This document shows, piece after piece, positions 17,018 to 25,308 of a stretch of DNA of 64,000 nt. The number at the start of each line of letters is the position of its first letter. Positions within the stretch are counted from its first letter, which is position 1. The position numbers and the translations under genes were made by a program. Below the pieces are notes generated by a model. The model did no database searches and was not told the DNA's origin. It saw nothing but the letters and a program-made list of their open reading frames with translations. The stretch lies in the IMG/VR virus record IMGVR_UViG_3300018424_007835, positions 1-64,000 of that record; one strand, 5' to 3'. The DNA is from a virus.

Positions 17018-17673
17018 ATATGTTAGCTGAGTTGTCAGAGCCGTTCCCAGTCGAGGTGGAGCGGCAGTTGCGTAAGGGTAGTGCTATGCTTACGTACATT
17101 CCAGTATCAGAAGTAATTACCCGGCTTAACAAGGTGCTGGGTGTGGACATGTGGTCCTATGAAGTTATGAAAGTTGAGCGGGATAGTTTAGATCCCGAGT
17201 TTGTGGTCGCACATGTGCGCCTTACTGCCACTTTTATTCCAACAAACGAAGCGCCCAATCTTGTGGTTGTGCGTGAAGGAATTGGTGGGCAGAAGATTAA
17301 GCGCACAAAGAGCGGGGATATTGTTGACCTTGGTGATGAATTTAAAGGCGCTGTATCTGACGCTCTAAAAAAAGCGGCGCAGTCTCTGGGAGTTGGGCTT
17401 TATCTTGCCCGATCAGAAGAGGCCCTGTATCTGGAAGAAGTTGAAGATGTTGAATCAGCCATCAGTGAAGAACATTTCGAAAAACTTCGCACAGTACTTA
17501 ACTCGTTGAGCACCGCAGAAATGCATCAGGCCAGGGAGCATTGGGACTCAATTTCTAATGATCTTCCTTTTGAACGGTTGAATATTACGAGAGCACTGTT
17601 GGATCAGATGCTCGACTTTGTTCGTAGTGTTCGACAGCCCACCGAAACAGGCGTCGTGTTTGATGCAGAGTAG
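17014..17673 (+). CDS. Rad52/Rad22-family single-strand annealing protein
   Basis: LTYIP...VITRLNKVLG..WS, KGAVSDALKKAA..LGVGLYL. Confidence 0.9.
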   Translation: MNMLAELSEPFPVEVERQLRKGSAMLTYIPVSEVITRLNKVLGVDMWSYEVMKVERDSLDPEFVVAHVRLTATFIPTNEAPNLVVVREGIGGQKIKRTKSGDIVDLGDEFKGAVSDALKKAAQSLGVGLYLARSEEALYLEEVEDVESAISEEHFEKLRTVLNSLSTAEMHQAREHWDSISNDLPFERLNITRALLDQMLDFVRSVRQPTETGVVFDAE

Positions 17674-18451
17674 TATGGATCTGGGCCCTATCCCTTATGA
17701 GCCTCCACGGTATATGTCGCCGTCGTCTATTGGGACATTCCAACAGTGCCCAATGAAGTTCAAGTTTTCCAGGCTTGACCGGTTACCGACAGAGTCGACT
17801 GAGGCGCAACATCTGGGCTCGTTTGTTCATGAAGTTTTAGAAGACTTGTTTGCGTTGCCCGCAGAGGAGCGTACCGAGTCAGCCGCTCGTAGTATCGCTC
17901 GGTGGCAGTGGAATATGAAGTGGAATGAAAAGTTCAATGAACTTGCCGAGAAGGGGACAGAAAACGAATTCCGATGGAAGGCGTGGTGGTGCATTGAGAA
18001 CTACTTCGGCATGGAGGACCCAACATCTTTTGAGGCTGCTGGCATAGAAGCAAAGATGGATGGTGCGATTGACGGAGTGCCTATCTTTGGAATTATTGAC
18101 CGATGGACGTTGGAAAATGACAAGCTTGTAATATCCGACTACAAGACCGGCAAGAAACCTCGCCCTCAGTATGAGTGGGAAAAAAAGATGCAGATCACTA
18201 TCTACAGCATTCTTTTGGCAGAGCAGGAGGAGCGAGAAGTTGAGCGGGCCGAATTGTTGTACTTGAAGTCGGGCGAGTTTGCACGATATGAGATAGATGC
18301 TGAACTTGAGTCTGCTGTCCGAGTTGAGGTTAGCAACACTTGGGATAAGGTTACTACGAGTTGTGCTTCGGGTGAGTTCCAGACGATCACGGGGCCGCTA
18401 TGTAACTGGTGTGATTATAAGCCTATTTGCCCGGAGTGGTCCAATGCCTGA
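17663..18451 (+). CDS. PD-(D/E)XK RecB-family exonuclease with Fe-S cysteines
   Basis: SPSSI..FQQCP, GSFVHEVLE, GIIDR, DYKTG, QITIY, CNWCDYKPIC. Confidence 0.9.
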   Translation: MQSSMDLGPIPYEPPRYMSPSSIGTFQQCPMKFKFSRLDRLPTESTEAQHLGSFVHEVLEDLFALPAEERTESAARSIARWQWNMKWNEKFNELAEKGTENEFRWKAWWCIENYFGMEDPTSFEAAGIEAKMDGAIDGVPIFGIIDRWTLENDKLVISDYKTGKKPRPQYEWEKKMQITIYSILLAEQEEREVERAELLYLKSGEFARYEIDAELESAVRVEVSNTWDKVTTSCASGEFQTITGPLCNWCDYKPICPEWSNA

Positions 18452-18902
18452 TGTTACGTTTGCTCAAATTGTTTCTGAGGATATTAAGGGCACGTTGGAT
18501 CAGCGGGAGCAAGATATGCTTCGTTTACCTGAGAATGTGCAGCGTTGGCGGGATACGCTGAGTAATATTATTGAGACTGTGGATGAGCAGATTACTGCAA
18601 TTAATGAGTCAGTTGCTTCGGTGCGGAAAATGTATCCTGATTTTGAAAGCAATCCGGTTTCTGAGAATTTGGCGGGTAAACTGTCAAAGACTGCAAGGTT
18701 TCGTTTTCATGCTGAGAAGCGTTTAGCGGAAGCTGATCGTCTTTTATCTATGGGTTCGTTGCCTGACCCTTCGTTGTCGTTGGCCGCTTTTTTGAAGGCG
18801 GCAATTGAACAGCACTTGAGCGATAAGGATGATACTGAGATGGGTCCTGATTATCATGATGAGCGTCTGCGTGATGCGTTGTCAGGGAAATGGAGTTTTT
18901 GA
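18444..18902 (+). CDS. Hypothetical coiled-coil protein
   Basis: ATG 18444 with GGAG RBS overlapping the previous stop. Confidence 0.7.
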   Translation: MPDVTFAQIVSEDIKGTLDQREQDMLRLPENVQRWRDTLSNIIETVDEQITAINESVASVRKMYPDFESNPVSENLAGKLSKTARFRFHAEKRLAEADRLLSMGSLPDPSLSLAAFLKAAIEQHLSDKDDTEMGPDYHDERLRDALSGKWSF

Positions 18903-19999
18903 TGAAGATTGGCTTGGTTGCAGAAGACTTTAATACGCAAAGCAGAGATATGTTGGGTCGCCCCGTTTGGAGTGGTCCGACATGGGTGCGTTTGGCTCAG
19001 TACAGTGATCATTTTAAGGAAATGGGTGTAGATCACCGTTGTGGGATGCTGGGAAGCTTTGCAAACTTCGACGTTTTAGGGGTTGTGGACGCATCAGGTA
19101 AAGCGTGGTTTGACTGCGATGTCATTGTACTGCAGCGGTACATGGATGATAAATTGAAAAGAGATATGCGCAGGGGGCAGGCTGCGGGTCAAATTTTTAT
19201 TAATGATGTTGACGACTGGTATTGGGGGTTGAGCAAAAAGAACGCCGCTTACAATGCCACCGATCCTAGCCGTAACCGCTCCAAAAACAGAAATATTTAT
19301 GCTGAAATAATTAGCATGAGTGATGGTGTCATTGCTTCAACTCCGTTCTTGCAGGAAAAGTTGCTCCACTGGAATGACCGCACACTTCTTCATGGTAACT
19401 ATGTTGATCTAAAGCGATTTAAAAAGTATTTCAAACACGAAGATAAAGAAAAAATTGTTGTTGGATGGGTCGGCTCTATGATTCACCGGAGTGGTGATCT
19501 GGACATTCTTCGGCCGCACGTTAAGGATATTGGCGAGTTCGCTAGTTGGCACCACACCGGCCACATTCCTCATGCAGGTTACCCAAAGTTTCATTCTGAA
19601 CTTGGCATTGCAGAAAGTGACGTAACTTACTTTCCTTTCCAAAACCCTCAGTCGCTCATGGCTGGAATTAATTTTGATGTTGGAATTGTGCCACTTGTCA
19701 ACATTCCGTTTAATCATGCCAAGTCGTATGTAAAGGGGATTGAATATGCCGCCGCTAATGTTCCTTTCGTTGCTTCGTGGAGCCCGCAATACCAGCAATT
19801 GTCTGAAGAACATGGTATAGGCGTGGTAGTCTCTAAAGCTTCTGAATATGTGAGCGAACTGAAAAAGTTCTGCGATTTCGACTACCGGCAAGAGGTCGCA
19901 GAAGCCAATCGAAACGCCGTGCAAGCGTTCGATACTAAACTTGGCGCCATTCATCTTTATGAGTGCATTCAAGAAATTGTCAGGCAGGTTCGGCCATGA
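18902..19999 (+). CDS. GT-B (GT4-like) glycosyltransferase
   Basis: VLQR, DVDD, VIASTPFL, VGWVGS..H..DL, DVGIVPL...FNHAKS.VK.IEY. Confidence 0.88.
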   Translation: MKIGLVAEDFNTQSRDMLGRPVWSGPTWVRLAQYSDHFKEMGVDHRCGMLGSFANFDVLGVVDASGKAWFDCDVIVLQRYMDDKLKRDMRRGQAAGQIFINDVDDWYWGLSKKNAAYNATDPSRNRSKNRNIYAEIISMSDGVIASTPFLQEKLLHWNDRTLLHGNYVDLKRFKKYFKHEDKEKIVVGWVGSMIHRSGDLDILRPHVKDIGEFASWHHTGHIPHAGYPKFHSELGIAESDVTYFPFQNPQSLMAGINFDVGIVPLVNIPFNHAKSYVKGIEYAAANVPFVASWSPQYQQLSEEHGIGVVVSKASEYVSELKKFCDFDYRQEVAEANRNAVQAFDTKLGAIHLYECIQEIVRQVRP

Positions 20000-20484
20000 A
20001 ACGAGGTAAACCTTTACGCCGCACTCCATTTAAAAGCAGCAGAACTAGCGGATCTTTAAAAAGATCACCTTTAAACTATAGGTCAGCCGGTATGCACGAT
20101 GCTTACGTTAAGAGGCGTGCTTTAGTTAAGCAGATGCTTGCTCAAACACCGTATTGTCAAGCATGCACAGCTATCTACGTGTTCCCACGGCTTATTAAAG
20201 GTGAGCCTCTTGGAGTGGTGAATACTCGACCTTCAATTGATTTGCATGAGTTGGTAAATCGCTCTCAAGGTGGGGATATTTTAAATAGCGATGAGATTAT
20301 TGTAGTCTGCCGTGAATGCCACAGATGGATTACTAAAAATCCTATAGATGCGGAAAGGCTTGGGTTGCATGTTCCAGGGTGGATGAACACTGTAGAAGGA
20401 ATTAAGGAAGCAACAAGAGTTCGTATTTCGTGGGAGAAGGGGATTTCCGCTGTTCCGTTTTGGATTGAGGATACGGAGGAATAG
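19996..20484 (+). CDS. HNH-like endonuclease
   Basis: CQAC...DLHE...RSQGG...VCRECHRWI with a basic N-terminus. Confidence 0.8.
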   Translation: MKRGKPLRRTPFKSSRTSGSLKRSPLNYRSAGMHDAYVKRRALVKQMLAQTPYCQACTAIYVFPRLIKGEPLGVVNTRPSIDLHELVNRSQGGDILNSDEIIVVCRECHRWITKNPIDAERLGLHVPGWMNTVEGIKEATRVRISWEKGISAVPFWIEDTEE

Positions 20485-20864
20485 TGGCTACTTCGTACGG
20501 TAAGGCCGCCAAAGCTAAGGCGACAAAGTTACATAGTTTGCTGGTGCGCACTAGGGATAACTTCACATGTCGGTGGTGCGGCGCAACGAGGGACGAAGGC
20601 AAGCAGATTCAGTGTGCTCATATTATTTCTCGGAGCATAGCGGCTACTCGCACAGATGAGAGAAACGCAATTGCTCTTTGTGCTTCTTGTCATTGGAAGC
20701 AATCCAAAAATCCTTTGGTGTGGGCCCGTTGGCTAGAATCACAGTTTAGCCGGGAGTACTTGGACGATCTGCTTGAGCGAGGCGTTCCTGGGGTTACTGT
20801 TAATTGGGATGATGAGTGCGATAGACTGCAACACGCTCTTGACCTCCTTATGGGGGATTGGTAG
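20484..20864 (+). CDS. NinG/HNH-family nuclease
   Basis: RD.FTCRWCG...QCAHIISR...TR...NAIALCASCH. Confidence 0.8.
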   Translation: MATSYGKAAKAKATKLHSLLVRTRDNFTCRWCGATRDEGKQIQCAHIISRSIAATRTDERNAIALCASCHWKQSKNPLVWARWLESQFSREYLDDLLERGVPGVTVNWDDECDRLQHALDLLMGDW

Positions 20865-20873
20865 AATACCTAT

Positions 20874-21221
20874 ATGAATAGCCGTAACGCCCCTATTAGT
20901 ATTGTTGAGGTAGAGTCTGAGTTGATTAGACTTACTTCTGATATTGAAGTAGAGACTGAAGCCTTTGAGGTCTTGGCCAAGGACCACGCAAAGAAAGAGG
21001 CTGAGTATAAGAAAGAGTGGTTTAAGGAGTTTCTTGCCGCTGAGGGGGCGGTTAAGGTTAAGGAGAGCTGGGCGGGGTACAAGACTTCTGAGCTTTATTA
21101 TGAGGCGGTGGTCGCTGAGGCTCTAGTAAAAGCGAAGCGGGAGAAACTCCATTCGTTACGGACGGCCTGTGATTCTTTGCGCACACTTGCGGCTAATGTT
21201 CGGTCACAAGTGAAGTTTTAG
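20874..21221 (+). CDS. Hypothetical coiled-coil protein
   Basis: Leaderless TAGAAT 6 nt before the ATG; helical, ending RTLAANVR. Confidence 0.7.
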   Translation: MNSRNAPISIVEVESELIRLTSDIEVETEAFEVLAKDHAKKEAEYKKEWFKEFLAAEGAVKVKESWAGYKTSELYYEAVVAEALVKAKREKLHSLRTACDSLRTLAANVRSQVKF

Positions 21222-21229
21222 GAGGTCGG

Positions 21230-22030
21230 GTGATTCACAATATTCATTCTAATATTGCTTCGCTGGCAGTAGATATTGACATGCTGATCCCGCTGGAGAA
21301 CAATGCCCGCAGAGGTGACGTGGATGCTATTATGGCGTCCTACAGTAAGTTTGGGCAAGTTAAGCCCATCGTTGCCGTTGAAAACGACAGTGGTGGGCTT
21401 ACTGTTATTGCGGGCAACCACCAGTTAGAAGCCGCTCGGCGCTTGGGTTGGCAGCAGATAGCCGTGTCAGTGGCGGACCTTGACAGTGACGATGCTTTAG
21501 CCTTTGCGTTAGCAGATAATAGAATTTCTGATATGGGCTCCACAGATAACGACTTACTTTACAAAATGCTAACTGATGTCTTACCGGCTGATGAAGACTT
21601 TTTTGATGCGTTGGGTTGGGATGATTTTTCAGTTGCCGCAATAGAAAATTCTGTTATTTCTGCGGGGATGGCTAATGATAGCAATGCTGGCTGGTCTGCA
21701 CCTCAGGTTGTGATAAACGAAAGCGCCCCATTACCACCCACGTATTCGGATAGCACAGAAGAGCCGCCTTCTACACCTCTTGTTGCAGACCCTACCAAAA
21801 TCACGCCTGAAGCGTCCACTGAAACAATTGTGACTCAAGGTAGTACTAGCACTGCGTCCTCTGGTGTCTCTAACGCATCAATTCAATTTACCCTAGTGTT
21901 TGAAAATGCTGCCCAGCAGTCGATGTGGTATTCGTTTCTTAAGTGGTTGAGAGAGTCTCCTGTGTATGAGGGTTCAACCACTACTGAGCAGCTGCTTGAC
22001 TTTATCGCTCAGCATTCAGAACGAGGTTAG
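21230..22030 (+). CDS. ParB/Srx N-terminal domain protein
   Basis: NARRGD...FGQVKPIV...VIAGNHQLEAA..LGW...ALADNR; AGGAGG RBS. Confidence 0.88.
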   Translation: MIHNIHSNIASLAVDIDMLIPLENNARRGDVDAIMASYSKFGQVKPIVAVENDSGGLTVIAGNHQLEAARRLGWQQIAVSVADLDSDDALAFALADNRISDMGSTDNDLLYKMLTDVLPADEDFFDALGWDDFSVAAIENSVISAGMANDSNAGWSAPQVVINESAPLPPTYSDSTEEPPSTPLVADPTKITPEASTETIVTQGSTSTASSGVSNASIQFTLVFENAAQQSMWYSFLKWLRESPVYEGSTTTEQLLDFIAQHSERG

Positions 22031-22031
22031 C

Positions 22032-23204
22032 GTGCCTCGCCGTCGCATGTTTTTAGATATCAATTGTGTGGACGCTGCACGCCAACGCATACGCCACGTT
22101 TACGACACTTTCGACACTGTCTGCGTTCAGTTTAGTGGCGGTAAGGACTCCACGGCATGTTTGCACTTAGCTAAGGAAGTGCATGAAGAGCGGGGACTGG
22201 GCCCAGTGAAGGTTATTTTCCGAGATGAGGAAATGCTTTCGCCCGCCATTGAAGATTATGTCACACGGGTCAGCCAGTACGACTGGGTGGACATGGAATG
22301 GTATTGTCTTCCGGTGGGGCAGGAGCTTTGGGTTTTGGGCAGACGTGAGTATATTTTGCTTTGGTCTAAGAAGCGTGAGGATGATGGAAGGTTGTTTAGG
22401 CCGGTTCCAGAGGGTGCTATTACTGCTGCTCATTTTGGACTAGACCCATATAAGAGCATTCCCCGTAAAATAGATGAGTATACGATGCAGGGCAAGAAAG
22501 GACGCACTGCATTCATTACTGGGATTCGTGCAAATGAGTCTATGATTCGTTACAGAACGGTTACACAGAAACTACACGAAAATTACATCAACCGTCCGTT
22601 TCAGTTGTCAAAAGCGATACCTATGCGATTTGCTAAGATCATTTATGATTGGACTGCTGATGATGTTCTGAAGTTTATTACGGAAGAACATGGTAGCGAG
22701 TACTGCGCTTACTATGACTATGCTGCGATGTCTGGGGCTAATCAGCGGGTAGGTATTCCATTGCACTCAGTTGCCGCCCGCCGGTTGAATGATGTTTTGC
22801 GAACCGAACCAGAGTTCTATGATGGTTTGGTTCGGTGCTTTCCACAGATTGAAGCGCAACGGCAATTGTGGAGCGAGTTTGATATTGAAGCATTGATTGA
22901 TGAGTACGCTGTCGAGGGCTGGAAAGGGGTAAAGCGCTGCATAGACGAAAATGTTCTGACTACTGGTTTGCACCGGTTAGCGATGGTGTTCACAAACGAT
23001 TTCAAGAAGCATCATGCGAAAGATCCTTGGGGGTACCCGATTGACCACCTTTTGAGAACATTACTTCTTAATTCGTTCTTGGGTTCCCCCACACCAGTCG
23101 GCCCTAAGACTAAAGCGCACAACAAGCGTGTCGCCCTGTTGGAGCAGGAGCATCAACAGCTTATGGACGCTGACAGTCTTGACATACAGGATGATACCCG
23201 GTAG
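22032..23204 (+). CDS. PAPS-reductase-family (PP-loop) protein, IbrA-like
   Basis: FSGGKDS PP-loop, FRDEE, GIRANES..R, IYDW. Confidence 0.88.
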   Translation: MPRRRMFLDINCVDAARQRIRHVYDTFDTVCVQFSGGKDSTACLHLAKEVHEERGLGPVKVIFRDEEMLSPAIEDYVTRVSQYDWVDMEWYCLPVGQELWVLGRREYILLWSKKREDDGRLFRPVPEGAITAAHFGLDPYKSIPRKIDEYTMQGKKGRTAFITGIRANESMIRYRTVTQKLHENYINRPFQLSKAIPMRFAKIIYDWTADDVLKFITEEHGSEYCAYYDYAAMSGANQRVGIPLHSVAARRLNDVLRTEPEFYDGLVRCFPQIEAQRQLWSEFDIEALIDEYAVEGWKGVKRCIDENVLTTGLHRLAMVFTNDFKKHHAKDPWGYPIDHLLRTLLLNSFLGSPTPVGPKTKAHNKRVALLEQEHQQLMDADSLDIQDDTR

Positions 23205-23213
23205 AGTAATCAA

Positions 23214-23735
23214 ATGAATGTTACAGAAACAAGCTCATTGACACCCGCAAAGTGGATGTCGACGTGCTATATTGTAAGTCCTGACTACTCTAAGTTGCAA
23301 GGGTCGATTCGGAAGTTTGGTATTCTTAGCCCTATCGTCATTCAACCCAATGGTACAATTATTGATGGGTACCACCGATGGAAGCTGGCTAACGAGAATA
23401 AGATTTTGAAGGTTCCGGTAGTTGTTGTAGATGTAGACGACATTGAAGCGATGCTCCTCCACGTTGACATGAACAGATATCGTGGTATTGTTGTTGCTAA
23501 GTATTTGTCTCGTATTGTTCAGAGGATTATGCAATCTGGTCGTTACGATGACGAAGCGCTTCGGCTTAAGATGGGTTTGTCTACTGATGAGTTTGATGTT
23601 TTGGCGGATGGTACTTTGGTGAAGATGCGTAAGATTAAGCAGCACTCGTATTCGCCTGCATGGGTGCCGATTGAGTCTACCACTGGGGATGATATTACTG
23701 TGGAGCGTCCGACGGGTCATTCTGAACAGGTTTAG
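23214..23735 (+). CDS. ParB-like nuclease domain protein, IbrB-like
   Basis: SIRKFGILSPIV...IIDGYHRW...NRYRG...YSPAW. Confidence 0.85.
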   Translation: MNVTETSSLTPAKWMSTCYIVSPDYSKLQGSIRKFGILSPIVIQPNGTIIDGYHRWKLANENKILKVPVVVVDVDDIEAMLLHVDMNRYRGIVVAKYLSRIVQRIMQSGRYDDEALRLKMGLSTDEFDVLADGTLVKMRKIKQHSYSPAWVPIESTTGDDITVERPTGHSEQV

Positions 23736-23748
23736 AAAGGAAGCTACT

Positions 23749-24081
23749 ATGGAAATGAATGCGTATCAGGCTGCTGCTAGGGAAACTGCAATTTTTCCAC
23801 CCTCTCAAGGTGTTGTTTACACTACTCTTGGGTTGGCTGGCGAGGCAGGTGAAGTTGCGGATAAGGTGAAGAAGGTTATCCGTGACGGTGGCGGGGACTT
23901 TTTTAAGGACCCTAAGATTGCTGAAGATATTAAGCGGGAGCTTGGTGATGTTCTTTGGTATGTTGCTGTGCTTTCGGCAGAGTTGGGGCATTCGTTGGAT
24001 GAGGTAGCTTCTTTGAATATTGAAAAGCTGGCCGCCCGCTCACAGAAGGGTAAGTTGGGTGGTTCCGGCGACTACCGCTAG
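23749..24081 (+). CDS. MazG-like nucleotide pyrophosphohydrolase
   Basis: LGLAGEAGEVADKVKK..RD, ELGDVLWY, NIEKL..R...GSGD. Confidence 0.92.
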   Translation: MEMNAYQAAARETAIFPPSQGVVYTTLGLAGEAGEVADKVKKVIRDGGGDFFKDPKIAEDIKRELGDVLWYVAVLSAELGHSLDEVASLNIEKLAARSQKGKLGGSGDYR

Positions 24082-25024
24082 CTGGAGATCAGTGGGTACT
24101 CCGGTTAAGGGCCGGGATGCTGACACTGTTCTAAAAGCAGCTAAAGCAGATTATAAAGTAGTACTTAGCCCTGTAACAGTTCCTCACCCGCTTGATTCCA
24201 ATATTTTGGTTGATGTACCGGGCCGCTTTTGCACAGGGCGTTTGGTGCCTGATGTTACCGTGGCAACTGGGTATCGGTTAGATAACTGGGAAGTGGTAAA
24301 AGACCGCTATGTCGTAGTGTCTAACGCTGAATTTTATGCCAGGACTGAAAAAATTGCTAAGGCGTTTGGAGAAAAAGCATATCTAGACAGTTGTGGGGTT
24401 TTGGATAATGGTCGAAAGTTTTTTGTTGTAATCGCTACTGGCACTTTAGAGTTTATTCTGGGTGGCGATTATGATTACATTGACAGCTATGTTGTGGCTA
24501 TGACCTCTCATGACGGGTCGATCCCTATTTGTTATTACAACTTGGACGTTCGTCGGCGCAATCATGCTGTGTATAGGTTTGAGTGTGGGAATGCTAGCTT
24601 TTCCTTAAGGAAAAGGCACACCCCAAATCATGGTGATAACCAAGTTGAAATTTCAGAAGTAGTGGGTTTGCGACGATCATGGGATGCGGCACTCAAGAGG
24701 GCTATGACACTCTTGATGACACCGCTTTCTACTGATAAGCTTCATCAAGTTTGCAATGCGCAATGGAATCCAGACTCGGTGTCCTCCAAAGCCCAACGAG
24801 AGCATGTTGATCATGTGCATGATACAATTCAAGATTTGTATTTGCGGGATTACAACTCTAAAGTGTATGGCCAAAGCAAGTGGGCTGCATTTAACGCTAT
24901 TTGTGAGTACATTGATTTTCACCGAGATATTCCCGTTTTAGAGGCTGCTCAACATTCTTTGGAAGTTGACAACTTCAACCACCGCACAAAGATTAAACTA
25001 TATGAGAAGCTTCTTCATATCTGA
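24059..25024 (+). CDS. DUF932/DUF945-family phage protein
   Basis: RY.VVSN, G.LDNGRKFF, TSHDGS, RHT, WAAFNAICEYID; start uncertain (GTG 24059 or TTG 24020). Confidence 0.75.
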   Translation: MVPATTASWRSVGTPVKGRDADTVLKAAKADYKVVLSPVTVPHPLDSNILVDVPGRFCTGRLVPDVTVATGYRLDNWEVVKDRYVVVSNAEFYARTEKIAKAFGEKAYLDSCGVLDNGRKFFVVIATGTLEFILGGDYDYIDSYVVAMTSHDGSIPICYYNLDVRRRNHAVYRFECGNASFSLRKRHTPNHGDNQVEISEVVGLRRSWDAALKRAMTLLMTPLSTDKLHQVCNAQWNPDSVSSKAQREHVDHVHDTIQDLYLRDYNSKVYGQSKWAAFNAICEYIDFHRDIPVLEAAQHSLEVDNFNHRTKIKLYEKLLHI

Positions 25025-25038
25025 TAGGTGGTGTTGTT

Positions 25039-25308
25039 ATGAAAGTTTGGATTGATCAAGACTTGTGTACCGGAGACGGTTTATGCGAGGAAATTTGCCC
25101 AGGGGTGTTTGGTATGGGCGTAGACGGACTGGCCTACGTTAAGGAAGTTGACTGGCCCACAGTCTACACCACCGACGGTGTGAATGTTTCAGACGACCCC
25201 ATTTTGCAAATGGCTAGTGGACTGGCTAATGTTCCAGACGATTTACTTGAAGCGGTTATTGAGTCTGCAGAAGAGTGTCCTGGCGAGTGCATCTTCATAG
25301 AGCCTTGA
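25039..25308 (+). CDS. Single-cluster ferredoxin (CxxDxxC...CP)
   Basis: MKVWIDQDLCTGDGLCEEICP...AEECPGECI. Confidence 0.93.
   Translation: MKVWIDQDLCTGDGLCEEICPGVFGMGVDGLAYVKEVDWPTVYTTDGVNVSDDPILQMASGLANVPDDLLEAVIESAEECPGECIFIEP

Noticed and set aside
17663-18451. Cas4 / CRISPR-associated gene
   Set aside because: Same fold, but it sits next to a Rad52-like SSAP with no cas genes, so it is a phage recombination exonuclease
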